The translations under genes and the position numbers were made by a program. From an uncultured delta proteobacterium (GTDB lineage: Bacteria > Myxococcota_A > Polyangia > Haliangiales > Haliangiaceae): a DNA stretch of 64,000 nt. The DNA lies in the NCBI GenBank assembly GCA_963848295.1, contig CAWKDB010000001.1, positions 1 to 64,000 of the forward strand, given 5' to 3'. Under the pieces are notes generated by a model. It did no database searches and was not told the origin of the DNA. It was given only the letters and a program-made list of their open reading frames with translations. Below, one piece after another: positions 10,118 to 19,381 of this stretch; position 1 is the stretch's first letter; the number at the start of each line of letters is the position of its first letter.

Positions 10118-10260
10118 CATGGCGCGGCCCTGTTCAGCAACCGGCGCGCCGATCTCGGCTCGCGTGATCGCGCGCGGTTAGCCGGCGACTGTCCGGCGGT
10201 CGTCCGGCCGTGGCCGGGACAACCGGACGATCCGGCCGGTCCCGATCGATCCGCGTCCGC

Positions 10261-10291
10261 AAATAGAAAAGCCCGGCCAACGGCCAGGCTT
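10261..10291 (-). terminator. Intrinsic terminator downstream of 10319..10732
   Basis: Minus strand reads AAGCCTGGCC-GTT-GGCCGGGCTT followed by TTCTATTT. Confidence 0.7.
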
Positions 10292-10318
10292 CGGTTCCGA
10301 TTCCGCCCTTGCGAACGG

Positions 10319-10732
10319 CTAGCGGCGACGACGACGGCGAGCCGGACGCGGTGCGACGGCGGCAGCTTCGAGCTCTTCGAGGTGCTCGAGCATGCTGATC
10401 ATCGTATTGCGCGTAGCGGCATGCGGCTCGTTGGTGATCGCGCGGCCCAGGCTGATCCGGAGCTCCGCGCGGAGCTCCGATTCGATCAGGCGATAGGTGC
10501 GAAGGGCCTCTTCGGGATCGTAATGATTGAGATCCGCCTCACAGCCGGTCGCGGCGATCCACACGGCCGCCAGCGCGGCTGCGCGGCGACCCGGTTGCGA
10601 TGCCGAGAACTCCTTGACCGACGCGCGAAGGCGTTGGCGAACCAGCGTGACCGGCGGCAGAGCCACAAGGCCATCGTTGTCGTCGTCCGGCCGACGGAGG
10701 ACAGGGCGTGTCATTGACTTGTCGGTTTCCAT
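10319..10732 (-). CDS. Hypothetical protein with Arg-rich C-terminus
   Basis: Helical 137-aa ORF followed by a terminator, with an AT-richer upstream region. Confidence 0.65.
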   Translation of the reverse strand: METDKSMTRPVLRRPDDDNDGLVALPPVTLVRQRLRASVKEFSASQPGRRAAALAAVWIAATGCEADLNHYDPEEALRTYRLIESELRAELRISLGRAITNEPHAATRNTMISMLEHLEELEAAAVAPRPARRRRRR

Positions 10733-10948
10733 GGCTTTTTTGTCCTGGTCTCGCGGCCCGACCTTGTCTCTCCCCTACAAGTTTCGAGCTACGATGGAAC
10801 GCGACACTGCCTGATCGATTTCGAAAAAGCGATGAATTTCCGCGCGAAACCTTACGAAAAAAGGCACCTACATGCGGTGATCTGCGAATCAACTTCACGC
10901 CGAGGGCGAGCGGGGCTCAACTGTCCCCAGCAGCGAGAATCTCGCATC

Positions 10949-11881
10949 TCACTCCCGCATCTTCTCGTCATTCGTAGTCGCTACCGGACCGCTATCCAAA
11001 GCCTGATCGATTCGTCTCGAAATGAAATCGCGAATCGTGAAATCGACGAGATGAGGCCGCTCGATAGGCGCGGTGTGCGACGCATTCGGGATCTCGAGCA
11101 GCTCGCAACCCCGGATCGCCGCGGCCATTTCACGACTGCGCTCCGCCGGGGTGAAGCCATCGCGTGCACCGGCGACGATCAACGTCGGTACATCGATCTC
11201 GGGCAACAGATCTTCGGCGGAGTGCTGGCCGGCGGACGACAACATCGCGATGAACAGCCGCGTATCGATCCGCGCCATGCCTTCGAGGTAGGGCATGAAG
11301 TCAGCCGGCTCGACGAGCTCGCGCCGGATCTCGAGTCGGCTCGCGATCTCGTACGACAGGCGCGTCGGCAACAGCCAGCGGCTCACGCGGTTGACCACGC
11401 CGGGCACGCGATGGATCCATTTCTCGATCGTTGGCAACATCTCTTCGAGGGCCGCCGATCCGCGGAACGTGCGCAGCGGATGCGAGGCCGCGCCGCAAAC
11501 GAGGACGAGCCCGGCAACGCGCGCGCGGTGCCGGCGATAGACCTCGAGCGCGACCTGCACGCCCATCGAATGGCCGATCAACACCGCGCGCTCGACCAGC
11601 GCGTCGTCGAGCACCGCCTCGATGTCATCTGCGAGATCCTCGACCGTCACGTGCGTCGGATCGCGCGGCGCGGCGGTCCGGCCGTGCCCACGATAATGAG
11701 GATGCAGCGCGAAGCGATCGGCGAGGTCGGCGCGCAGATAGCGCCATACGTAGCCGTCGCATCCGATCCCATCGCACAACAGCGCAGGCACATCGGTGCC
11801 GCGCTCTCCCCACTGTTCGTAGAAGATCGGACTGCCGTCGCTGTGACTGACGGCGTACCCCCACGCCGTCGACTTACTCAC
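10949..11881 (-). CDS. Alpha/beta hydrolase
   Basis: YRGHG, GHSMG nucleophile elbow, GARD and SHTA catalytic motifs. Confidence 0.9.
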   Translation of the reverse strand: MSKSTAWGYAVSHSDGSPIFYEQWGERGTDVPALLCDGIGCDGYVWRYLRADLADRFALHPHYRGHGRTAAPRDPTHVTVEDLADDIEAVLDDALVERAVLIGHSMGVQVALEVYRRHRARVAGLVLVCGAASHPLRTFRGSAALEEMLPTIEKWIHRVPGVVNRVSRWLLPTRLSYEIASRLEIRRELVEPADFMPYLEGMARIDTRLFIAMLSSAGQHSAEDLLPEIDVPTLIVAGARDGFTPAERSREMAAAIRGCELLEIPNASHTAPIERPHLVDFTIRDFISRRIDQALDSGPVATTNDEKMRE

Positions 11882-11889
11882 GCAGCGGC

Positions 11890-12090
11890 CTAGGCGATTT
11901 CCTTCTCGTCTTCCTCGCCGGGGAACTCATTCACCGACGGATACTTCATGATCTCTTTCCGAGCGATCTTCCATGCCTTCTGAACGATCCAGGACAGAGA
12001 CCGGTCCTGCCGGGTCGCCTCGTCTTGGATTTCCTTGAGCATGTCTTCGGGAAAGTAGAGGGACTGCTTGCGTTTATCCGAGCCGGCCAT
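11890..12090 (-). CDS. TIGR04563-type (MXAN_4361/4362-like) small myxobacterial protein, RHH-like
   Basis: KRKQSLYFPEDMLKEIQDEATRQDRSLSWIVQKAW matches the family pattern as recalled. Confidence 0.8.
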   Translation of the reverse strand: MAGSDKRKQSLYFPEDMLKEIQDEATRQDRSLSWIVQKAWKIARKEIMKYPSVNEFPGEEDEKEIA

Positions 12091-12221
12091 CACGAATTAT
12101 CTTCGGTGCCTACCTACACGGTGTCAAGCATACCCACCATTGTATGATGCAGGATCTCCCTTATAGGGGGGTTGCCAGCCCCACTGCTCACTACTAAGCT
12201 GTCGCGCCTTCTGAGGGGACC

Positions 12222-12626
12222 ATGAGCACCACCACTGCTGCCGCCGCTAGCGCCAAGGCTCTCAACAAGAAAGAGTTGAAGAAGTTCCAGGAGCTACTGC
12301 AGGACAAGCGCAAGGCGGTGCTCGAGCGGGCCCGCCGGATGCTGTCCGAGGAAAACATGACCTTGGACACCAACGACCTCCCGGACGAGATGGATCTCGC
12401 GGCCAGCGAGTACCTCCAGTCGTTCGAGTTCAGGCTACGCGGCCGCGAGAAAAGCCTGTTATCTAAGCTCGACCTGGCCCTGCACAAGATCGACGAAGGA
12501 ACCTTCGGGGTCTGCGAGATCTGCGAGGAGCCGATCGGGAAGAAGCGGCTCGAGGCGCGGCCGGAGACCACGCTGTGTATCAAGTGCAAAGAGGACCAGG
12601 AGCGAGAAGAACGGACGATGGGCTGA
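12222..12626 (+). CDS. dksA: DksA/TraR C4 zinc-finger RNA polymerase-binding protein
   Basis: Coiled-coil tip DEMDLA (DxxDxA), CEIC...RLEARP...CIKC; GAGGGG RBS. Confidence 0.9.
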   Translation: MSTTTAAAASAKALNKKELKKFQELLQDKRKAVLERARRMLSEENMTLDTNDLPDEMDLAASEYLQSFEFRLRGREKSLLSKLDLALHKIDEGTFGVCEICEEPIGKKRLEARPETTLCIKCKEDQEREERTMG

Positions 12627-12707
12627 GAAATTGATCAATTGATCAACAGGCAACAGGCAACAGGCAATGCCGGATCCGCCATTGCCTGTTCTTGGTTGAT
12701 CAATTTC
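12627..12707. repeat. Long AT-rich imperfect inverted repeat containing a tandem heptamer (CAACAGG x3)
   Basis: GAAATTGATCAA...TTGATCAATTTC outer arms and AACAGGCAATG...CATTGCCTGTT inner arms, directly after the dksA stop. Confidence 0.8.
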
Positions 12708-12773
12708 CCCGGACGGACAGTTCGACCGCACGACGCGCGCGATCTCGAAGGTTCCTGTTACCGTAGCTAGTGC

Positions 12774-13301
12774 ATGGCGGATGACCCGGACCGGCGTGGG
12801 TTCCTAAAGCTCACGACCTGTGCGATCGGCGGAGGGATCGGCCTCGTCGCGGCGGGCCCGGTGTTGCGGTTCGTGACCGCTCCCGCGGGCGAGATCACCG
12901 TGACCTCGCCGACCGATCCTCTCGATGTCGGCGAGCTGTCGCGATTCGCGATCGGCGCTCCGCCGACCAAGGTCGATGTGGTCGCGCCGAGCGTCCGAGA
13001 CGCGTGGGTCGCGGCGCACGATGTCGTGCTCGGCGCCGCGTGGGTCCGGCGCATCGCCGCCGACAAGGTCGAAGCACTGTCCGCGGTGTGCCCCCACCTC
13101 GGCTGCGCGATCGGCTGGGATCCGGCCGGAAAGTCGTTCCTGTGCCCGTGTCACGAGAGCCGGTTCGGGCTGACCGGCGATCCGATCGGCGGGCCGGCGA
13201 AGCGCGGGCTCGATCCGTTGCCGGTCGCGATCAAGGACGGTCGCCTCCAGCTGACCTGGGTGCGCTACAAGCTCGACACCGCAGCGCGAGAGCCCGCGTG
13301 A
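12774..13301 (+). CDS. Rieske [2Fe-2S] subunit of a quinol:cytochrome c oxidoreductase
   Basis: Tat motif DRRGFLK, CPHLGC and CPCH boxes. Confidence 0.92.
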   Translation: MADDPDRRGFLKLTTCAIGGGIGLVAAGPVLRFVTAPAGEITVTSPTDPLDVGELSRFAIGAPPTKVDVVAPSVRDAWVAAHDVVLGAAWVRRIAADKVEALSAVCPHLGCAIGWDPAGKSFLCPCHESRFGLTGDPIGGPAKRGLDPLPVAIKDGRLQLTWVRYKLDTAAREPA

Positions 13302-15007
13302 AGCTGGGCGACTGGCTGCGGCTGCGCATCGGCGCTGCCCGGACCCCGATGGTGCCGGGCGGGCCATCGTTCGCGCACGTGTTCGGCTGGGTGCTCGTGA
13401 TGTTGCTCGGCATCGAGGCGCTGACCGGCGTCGCGCTCGCCGCGTTCTACTCGCCGTCGTCGACCGACGCGTGGGCCTCGGTCGCGTACATCAAAGATCG
13501 CGTGCCGCTCGGTTGGCTCGTGCGCGGCCTGCATTTCCACGCGGGCTCGGCGATCGTGATCGTCGCCGGCATTCATCTCGTGCAGACCGCCGTGTGGGGC
13601 GCGTACAAGAAACCGCGCGAGCTCGTCTGGTGGCTCGGTCTGTTGTTGATCGTGCTCGTGCTCGGGTTCGCGGTGACCGGCTACGTCCTGCGGTGGGATC
13701 AGGCCGGCTACTGGGCCAATCGCGTCGAGGTCAGCATCGCGGCGGGCACTCCGATCATCGGCGATGCGATCCGCAGCCTCGCGATCGGCGGCAACGACTA
13801 CGGCAACTTGACGTTGACCCGGTTCTACGCACTGCACGTCATCGTGCTGCCCGCGATCGTCGCCGCCGCGACGTTCGCCCACGTCGCGATCGCTCGGCGC
13901 CATGGCTCGACCGCGCGCTGGGGCAAGGCCGCGGGCCGGCCATCGACGCCATATTGGCCGCGCCAGGCGCTGCGCGATTCGATCGCGATGGCGATCGCGT
14001 TTGCCGCGCTGCTCGCGTTCGTCGCGAGCCAACACGGCGCCGACCTCGCCGCGCCGGCCGATCCGTCCGCGGCCTACGACGCTCGACCGCTCTGGTACTT
14101 CCGCTGGCTGTTTCAGCTGCGGCATCTCGCCGGCTCGTTCGAGAAGCTCGCCGCGCTCGCCGCACCTGCGGTGGTCGGCGGGTTTCTCGCGGCGCTGCCA
14201 CTCGTCGACCGCGGTGTCGCTCGTGCACCGAAGATGCGGTTGCCGTGGGTCGGCGGCGTGGTCGCGCTGTTCGCGGTGATCGTCGCGTTGACCGCGGTGT
14301 CGTTCGCGGTCGATGCCGGCGACGATCAGCTCGCTCAGCGGCAGGACGATGCCGACAAGCTCGCCGCCAAGGCGCGCGCGCTCGCGTTGGCGCACGGAGT
14401 GCCGGCGACCGGCGCGCTAGACGTGTACACGACGGTCGAGATGTGGCGCGGGCGCTCGTTGTACAAACAGAAGTGCGCCGGCTGTCACGACGAGCACAGC
14501 AAGGATCGCAAGGGGCCGATCATCGGTCCCGGCCATGGTGATCGCGAATGGCTCGCCGGGTTCCTGAAGGCGCCGAGCAGCTCGCCGTATTGGGGCAAGA
14601 CCAAGCTAGGCCAAGGCGACGGTGCCATGAAGCCGGTCGAGATCGGCGCCGAGGAATTCGATGCGCTGGTCGAAGCGTTGTACTCGCAGAGTGGCGCGAG
14701 CGACGTGGACCCTGCGAAGCGCGACCGCGGGCTCGAGGTGTTCAGCAAGGCTTGCACCGACTGCCACGCGATCGACGATGGCTCCGCGGGAGCCGATGCT
14801 CCCGGCCTCGGCATGCTCGGCTCGCGCGACTACTACACGCACTTCATCGGCAACCCGAAGGCGCCGATCCACATGGGCCCGAAGAGCTCCGAGATGCCGC
14901 GGTTCGACAAAGAGCTGACGATCGTCGAGCGCGACGCGATCGCCGGCTACCTGGTCTGGCTGAGGACCGCGACCCCCGCCGACGTCGCGAACCTCGAACC
15001 GCTCTAA
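13298..15007 (+). CDS. Cytochrome b fused to a di-heme cytochrome c
   Basis: GTGA overlap with Rieske; four heme-b His, TGYVLRWDQ, RPLWYF (PEWY position); C-terminal CAGCH and CTDCH. Confidence 0.9.
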   Translation: MKLGDWLRLRIGAARTPMVPGGPSFAHVFGWVLVMLLGIEALTGVALAAFYSPSSTDAWASVAYIKDRVPLGWLVRGLHFHAGSAIVIVAGIHLVQTAVWGAYKKPRELVWWLGLLLIVLVLGFAVTGYVLRWDQAGYWANRVEVSIAAGTPIIGDAIRSLAIGGNDYGNLTLTRFYALHVIVLPAIVAAATFAHVAIARRHGSTARWGKAAGRPSTPYWPRQALRDSIAMAIAFAALLAFVASQHGADLAAPADPSAAYDARPLWYFRWLFQLRHLAGSFEKLAALAAPAVVGGFLAALPLVDRGVARAPKMRLPWVGGVVALFAVIVALTAVSFAVDAGDDQLAQRQDDADKLAAKARALALAHGVPATGALDVYTTVEMWRGRSLYKQKCAGCHDEHSKDRKGPIIGPGHGDREWLAGFLKAPSSSPYWGKTKLGQGDGAMKPVEIGAEEFDALVEALYSQSGASDVDPAKRDRGLEVFSKACTDCHAIDDGSAGADAPGLGMLGSRDYYTHFIGNPKAPIHMGPKSSEMPRFDKELTIVERDAIAGYLVWLRTATPADVANLEPL

Positions 15008-15101
15008 GCGCGATCTCGCATGCGACGCGTGCGACGGCTGCGACATCGGTGGCTGGAGAGGTGTCGATGCCCGGCGATGATGGTAAAGACGCCGCGTGGT
15101 G

Positions 15102-16271
15102 ATGCGCGCGCTGCTGTTCTCTGTCGTCATCGCTGCGGCCGCTTGCAGCAAGGGCTCGGCGTCGCAAGCGCAAGGTCGCGGGCCGATGCCGCCCGCCGAG
15201 GTTTCGGTCGTCACGCTCGAGACCGAGAAGGTGACGCTCCAGACCGAGCTGTCGGGCCGGACGACCGCATCTCTCGAGTCCGAAGTCCGGCCGCAGATCA
15301 CGGGCATCGTCAAGGCGCGCACGTTCGTCGAGGGCGCCGCGGTGAAGGCAGGCCAGGTGATCTATCAGATCGAGCCGGCGCAGTATCAGGCGGCGTATCA
15401 GGCCGCGGCCGCCGATCTCGCGAGCGCGAAGGCGCAGCTCGAGTCCGCGAAGATCCGCGACGACCGCTACGCCGGGTTGCTCAAGATCGAGGGTGTGTCG
15501 AAGCAGGAGGCCGACGACGCGCGGCTCACTCACGCGCAGGCCGCGGCCAGCGTCGCTCAGAAGACCGCGGCGCTCGAGATGGCGCGGATCAACCTCGGCT
15601 ACACGTCGATCGTGGCGCCGATCAGCGGCCGGATCGGCAAGTCCTCGGTGACGCCGGGCGCGCTGGTCACCGCAGGACAGCCGGCGGTGCTCGCGACGAT
15701 CCGCGCGCTCGACCCGATCTATGTCGATGTCACCGAGTCCACCGAACAGCGCCTGAGGCTCCGCGCGCAGCTCGGCGCGGGTGGACTGCAAGCCGGCTCG
15801 ACCACGGTCAAGCTGCTGTTGCCCGATGGCTCGACGTACGACCACCCCGGCACGCTCGAGTTCTCCGAGGTCGCGGTCGACGAGGCGACGGGGACGGTGA
15901 CGCTGCGCGCGAAGTTCCCGAACCCGGAGGGCACGCTGCTCCCCGGCATGTACGTGCGCGCCGTGCTCGACGAAGCGGTCGATCAGAACGCGATCCTCGC
16001 ACCGCAGCAGGGCATCACGCACGACGCGAAGGGCAACGCGACCGCGATGGTGGTCGGTCCCGATGGCAAGGTCGAGCTACGCACGTTGGTCGCGACTCGC
16101 GCGATCGGCGATCGCTGGCTGGTCGACAGTGGGCTCAAGGCCGGGGACAAGCTGATCGTCGAAGGTCTCAACAAGATCGGCCCGGGCATGCCGGTGCATG
16201 CGACCGAGCTCGGCGCCGGCTCCGGCTCCGGATCGGGCTCCGCCGCACCGCCACCACCGCCAGGGAAGTAA
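15102..16271 (+). CDS. RND efflux periplasmic adaptor (AcrA/MexA-like lipoprotein)
   Basis: AAAC lipobox, EVRPQITG, APISGRIG, LLPGMYVR. Confidence 0.93.
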   Translation: MRALLFSVVIAAAACSKGSASQAQGRGPMPPAEVSVVTLETEKVTLQTELSGRTTASLESEVRPQITGIVKARTFVEGAAVKAGQVIYQIEPAQYQAAYQAAAADLASAKAQLESAKIRDDRYAGLLKIEGVSKQEADDARLTHAQAAASVAQKTAALEMARINLGYTSIVAPISGRIGKSSVTPGALVTAGQPAVLATIRALDPIYVDVTESTEQRLRLRAQLGAGGLQAGSTTVKLLLPDGSTYDHPGTLEFSEVAVDEATGTVTLRAKFPNPEGTLLPGMYVRAVLDEAVDQNAILAPQQGITHDAKGNATAMVVGPDGKVELRTLVATRAIGDRWLVDSGLKAGDKLIVEGLNKIGPGMPVHATELGAGSGSGSGSAAPPPPPGK

Positions 16272-19200
16272 TGCTCGCGAGGTTCTTCGCCAACCGCCCC
16301 GTCTTCGCGTGGGTGCTCTCGATCGGCATCATGCTCGCCGGCGTCGCGTCGATCCTCGCGCTGCCGATCGCGCAGTATCCCAACGTCGCTCCGCCGAGCG
16401 TGAACATCTCGGCCGGCTACACCGGCGCCTCGGCCGATACCGTCGAGGCGAGCGTGACCCAGGTACTCGAGCAGCAGCTAACCGGCATCGACGGCCTGTT
16501 GTACTTCTCGAGCACGTCGACCTCGCAGGGCACCGCGAACATCAACGTCACGTTCACGCAGGGCACGAACCCGGACGTCGCGCAGGTCCAGGTCCAGAAC
16601 AAGATCCAGCAGGCGATCCCTCGCCTGCCACCCTCGGTCCAGCAGGGCGGCATCGTCGTGACCAAGGCGCAGACGAACTTCCTGACGATCGTCGCGATCT
16701 ACGACGAGACCGATCGCGCGAAAGACAGCGACATCGCGGACTACCTCAACAGCACGTTGGCCGACTCGATCGCGCGGGTCAACGGCGTCGGCGGCATCCA
16801 GGTGTTCGGCGGCGCGTATGCGATGCGGATCTGGCTCGATCCGCAAAAGCTGTTCGCGCTGAACCTCATGCCGAGCGACATCGAAGCGGCGATCCAGGCG
16901 CAGAACGTCCAGGTCTCGGCCGGCAAGATCGGCGGGCAGCCGGCGCCGCCCGGCCAACAGCTCAACGCGACGGTCACCGCGCAATCGAAGCTGCGCACCG
17001 CCGACCAATTCAAGGCGATCATCGTCAAGTACGATCCGAACGGAGCGACGGTCCGGCTCGGCGACGTCGCGCATGTCGAGCTCGGCAGCGAGGCCTACGA
17101 CTTCGCGACCCGGCTCAATCGCCACCCCGCATCGGGCCTCGCGGTGTTGCTCGCACCGAACGCGAACGCGCTCGCGGTCGCCGACAACGTCAAGGCGAAG
17201 GTCGCCGAGTTCCAGCACACGATGCCGGCCGGTTGGCGCGTGAGCTATCCGTTCGACAGCACGAAGTTCATCCGGATCTCGATCGAAGAGGTCGTCAAGA
17301 CGCTGATCGAAGCGATCGTGCTCGTCGTGCTCGTGATGTTCCTGTTCTTGCAGAGCTGGCGCGCGACGTTGATCCCGGTGATCGCGGTGCCGGTCGTGAT
17401 GCTCGGCACGATGTGCGTGCTGAGGCTGCTGAATTATTCGATCAACACGCTGACGATGTTCGGGTTGGTGCTGTCGATCGGGCTGCTCGTCGACGACGCG
17501 ATCGTCGTGGTCGAGAACGTCGAGCGGTTGATGCGCGAGGACAACCTGTCGCCGATCGAAGCGACGGTGCGTTCGATGAAGGAGATCACCGGCGCCTTGG
17601 TCGGCGTCGCGACCGTGCTGTCCGCCGTGTTCCTGCCGATGGCGTTCTTCAGCGGCGCGACCGGCGTCATCTATCGCCAGTTCTCGATCACGATCGTCGC
17701 GTCGATGCTGCTGTCGGTGTTCGTCGCGCTGACGATCACGCCCGCGATGTGTGCCTCGCTGCTGCGCGCGACCCACCACGCGCCGCGCCGCGGTCCGTTG
17801 GCGTGGTTCAACCGCGGCTTCGACAAGTTCACCCACGGCTATCGCGGGATGGTCGCGTGGATGCTGCGCGGGCCGTTGAAGTGGCTCGTGCCGTACGCCG
17901 CGGTCTGCGTCGTGATGTACGCGATGCTGACGAAGCTACCTACCGGGTTCCTGCCGCAAGAAGATCAAGGCGTCGGGATGGTGATCTGGACGCTGCCCGC
18001 CGGTGCGACGCTCGGTCGTACGGTCAACGTCGCGAAGGCCGTCGAGGATCACTACCTCGGATTCGAGAAGAAGAACGTCGACTCGCTGTTCACGGTCGCC
18101 GGGTTCAGCTTCATCGGCGCCGGCCAGAACGCCGGCATGGCGTTCGTCGAGCTCAAGGACTGGGACGACCGGCCCGGCAAGGACAACACCGCGGCCGCGA
18201 TCTCGAATCGCGCGACCGGCATGCTGTCGAGCGTGCGCGACGCGTTCATCTTCGCGCTCACCCCGCCCGCGATCCAAGGCCTCGGCCAGTCCGAGGGCTT
18301 CGACTTCGAGCTCCAAGCGGCTGGCGGCACCGACCGGACCAAGCTCGCCGCCGCACGCGATCAGCTGCTCGCGGCCGCGTCCAAGGATCCCGCGCTGGTC
18401 GCGGTCCGCCGCGGCGATCTACCCGAGACGCCCCAGCTCAAGATCGACATCGATCAAGCCAAGGCGTCCGCGCACGGGCTGTCATCGAGCGACATCACGA
18501 ACACGCTGACCGCGGCGTGGGGCGGCGTCTACGTCAATGACTTCATCGATCGCGGTCGCGTCAAGCGCGTGTTCGTGCAAGGCGACGCGCAATTCCGCTC
18601 GAAGCCCGAGGACCTCGCGCAGTGGTACGTGCGCGGCGCGACCGGCCAGATGACGCCATTCTCGGCGTTCGCGACGACCCACTGGACGAACGGCGCCGAG
18701 TCGCTGTCGCGCTACAACGGCCTCGCCGCGTACGAGATCCAGGGCATGGGCGCGCCGGGCACGAGCTCGGGCACGGCGATGGACGAGATGGAGAAGCTCG
18801 CGAAGCAGCTGCCGCCCGGGACGACGTACTCGTGGACCGGCCAATCGTATCAAGAGCGGATCGCGAGCGGCCAGACCCTGACGCTCTATGCGATCTCGCT
18901 GCTCGTGATCTTCCTGTGCCTCGCCGCGCTCTACGAGAGCTGGTCGGTGCCGTTCTCGGTGCTGCTCGTGATCCCGCTCGGCATCGTCGGCGCCGTGATC
19001 GCGGCGAACGTGCGCGGCCTGGAGAACGACGTGTACTTTCGCGTCGCGCTGCTGACGACGATGGGCCTGTCGTCGAAGAATGCGATCCTGATCGTCGAGT
19101 TCGCCGAGACCGCGTATCATAAAGGCGCGTCGCTGGTCGACGCCGCGGTCACGGGTGCGAGGCTGCGGTTGCGGCCGATCGTGATGACGTCGCTCGCGTT

Positions 19201-19381
19201 CATCGCCGGCGTGTTGCCGCTCGCGGTCTCCACCGGCGCCGGCGCGAACAGCCGCGTCTCGATCGGCTCGGGGATCGTCGGCGGGACGCTGACCGGGACG
19301 CTGCTCGCGATCGTGTTCGTGCCGGTGTTCTTCGTGCTCGTCCGCAAGCTCGTGCGCGGCAAGCGCCAGGTGGAGTCGTGA
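16271..19381 (+). CDS. RND efflux permease (AcrB/MexB, HAE1)
   Basis: MLARFFANRPVFAWV, GLLVDDAIVVVENVER, KNAILIVEFA, RLRPIVMTSLAF; TAATG coupling. Confidence 0.96.
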   Translation: MLARFFANRPVFAWVLSIGIMLAGVASILALPIAQYPNVAPPSVNISAGYTGASADTVEASVTQVLEQQLTGIDGLLYFSSTSTSQGTANINVTFTQGTNPDVAQVQVQNKIQQAIPRLPPSVQQGGIVVTKAQTNFLTIVAIYDETDRAKDSDIADYLNSTLADSIARVNGVGGIQVFGGAYAMRIWLDPQKLFALNLMPSDIEAAIQAQNVQVSAGKIGGQPAPPGQQLNATVTAQSKLRTADQFKAIIVKYDPNGATVRLGDVAHVELGSEAYDFATRLNRHPASGLAVLLAPNANALAVADNVKAKVAEFQHTMPAGWRVSYPFDSTKFIRISIEEVVKTLIEAIVLVVLVMFLFLQSWRATLIPVIAVPVVMLGTMCVLRLLNYSINTLTMFGLVLSIGLLVDDAIVVVENVERLMREDNLSPIEATVRSMKEITGALVGVATVLSAVFLPMAFFSGATGVIYRQFSITIVASMLLSVFVALTITPAMCASLLRATHHAPRRGPLAWFNRGFDKFTHGYRGMVAWMLRGPLKWLVPYAAVCVVMYAMLTKLPTGFLPQEDQGVGMVIWTLPAGATLGRTVNVAKAVEDHYLGFEKKNVDSLFTVAGFSFIGAGQNAGMAFVELKDWDDRPGKDNTAAAISNRATGMLSSVRDAFIFALTPPAIQGLGQSEGFDFELQAAGGTDRTKLAAARDQLLAAASKDPALVAVRRGDLPETPQLKIDIDQAKASAHGLSSSDITNTLTAAWGGVYVNDFIDRGRVKRVFVQGDAQFRSKPEDLAQWYVRGATGQMTPFSAFATTHWTNGAESLSRYNGLAAYEIQGMGAPGTSSGTAMDEMEKLAKQLPPGTTYSWTGQSYQERIASGQTLTLYAISLLVIFLCLAALYESWSVPFSVLLVIPLGIVGAVIAANVRGLENDVYFRVALLTTMGLSSKNAILIVEFAETAYHKGASLVDAAVTGARLRLRPIVMTSLAFIAGVLPLAVSTGAGANSRVSIGSGIVGGTLTGTLLAIVFVPVFFVLVRKLVRGKRQVES

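Noticed and set aside
8312..10120. 832-aa minus-strand ORF 7622..10120 as one gene
   Set aside because: Its first ~600 codons are the antisense shadow of nrdJ; only the distal ~210 codons look protein-like.
10120..10260. GC-rich self-complementary intergenic stretch as an ncRNA
   Set aside because: Short CCGG-based inverted repeats are expected at this GC content, and no known RNA motif was recognised.
15020..16270. 1453-aa RND permease with long N-terminal extension
   Set aside because: The extension is an Arg-rich alternative frame of the adaptor gene; the true start is ATG 16271 (TAATG coupling).
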